Positions 63,677 through 64,000 of a stretch of DNA of 64,000 bases are shown piece after piece (the stretch's first letter is position 1; every line of letters starts with the position of its first letter). The stretch is from a virus. Both the position numbers and the translations under genes were made by a program. The notes beneath the pieces were generated by a model. It saw only the letters and a program-made list of their open reading frames with translations. It did not search any database and had not been told where the DNA came from. The DNA is taken from the IMG/VR virus record IMGVR_UViG_3300045988_167063. One strand, written 5' to 3'.

Positions 63677-63850
63677 ATGTTTAATGTGTATAAAAAAGAA
63701 ACAGATGAAATTGTAGATGTATATGATGTAAGAACAGATAGAGCAGGTTATCCTATGTTTCTAATTTTTGAGAATAATCAATGGAAGTATAGAAGTGCAA
63801 AGCATTTTAAACCTTATGTATGTTGGGTGAGAGCCGAGGAGGATATTTAA
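63677..63850 (+). CDS. small hypothetical protein (57 aa)
   Basis: GTGAGG SD; hand-translated. Confidence 0.45.
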   Translation: MFNVYKKETDEIVDVYDVRTDRAGYPMFLIFENNQWKYRSAKHFKPYVCWVRAEEDI

Positions 63851-63852
63851 TA

Positions 63853-64000
63853 ATGAGATTATGGCATTATGAATTATTAAGTGTTTTACCTCGTTGTCAA
63901 CTTGTATCACAATTAAGGGAGTGTACTGCTATCGCTAAAAACATTCATAAATATGGTACACCAAATCATTTACTTGTGAATAAGATTTCTGATTATGATA
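63853..64000 (+). CDS. pyrimidine-dimer DNA glycosylase-like (T4 DenV / TIGR02328-like) protein, 5' partial
   Basis: MRLWHYELLSVLPRCQLVSQLRECTAIAKN matches the MRLWH..L...LP..QL..Q.REC motif of this family. Runs off the window. Confidence 0.5.
   Translation, partial: MRLWHYELLSVLPRCQLVSQLRECTAIAKNIHKYGTPNHLLVNKISDYD

Overview
The window is about 28-30% G+C and looks like part of a large tailed dsDNA phage or prophage of a low-GC Firmicute. Signals supporting this are GGAGG-type Shine-Dalgarno sites, TTGACA-17-TATAAT promoters and frequent ATGA/TAATG start-stop overlaps. Positions 1-27030 are a minus-strand late block. It holds an accessory cassette (AgrB-like gene, membrane protein, MazF-like toxin), virion genes (Ig-domain proteins, putative capsid, protease/scaffold, portal, large terminase), a metallophosphoesterase, two HU/IHF-like proteins and a YonO-like single-subunit RNA polymerase. 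Four group I introns interrupt this block: two ORF-less ones in terL, one carrying an HNH gene inside the RNAP catalytic motif, and one ORF-less one in a tail-like gene next to a free-standing endonuclease. Three of the introns form one family with covarying stems. Positions 27791-64000 are a plus-strand early/middle block driven by at least 18 near-consensus sigma-A promoters. It encodes many small unknown proteins, two YopX paralogs, a cysteine desulfurase, a dUTPase, a tyrosine recombinase, an SSB-like protein, a Sak4-like ATPase, a DnaB-like helicase and four DNA methyltransferases. Two adjacent methyltransferases carry G8/G9 tracts. ORF-poor islands at 26.75-27.8, 36.9-39.8 and 43.75-45.4 kb hold TA-only tracts, a roughly 180-bp palindrome and several recurring motifs. 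The most unusual item is a promoter-driven, ORF-free, GC-enriched RNA locus of about 1 kb (49.0-50.0 kb), bounded by two tRNA-like cloverleaves. It is a candidate giant structured ncRNA. All homology calls come from motif recognition by eye; no searches were run.
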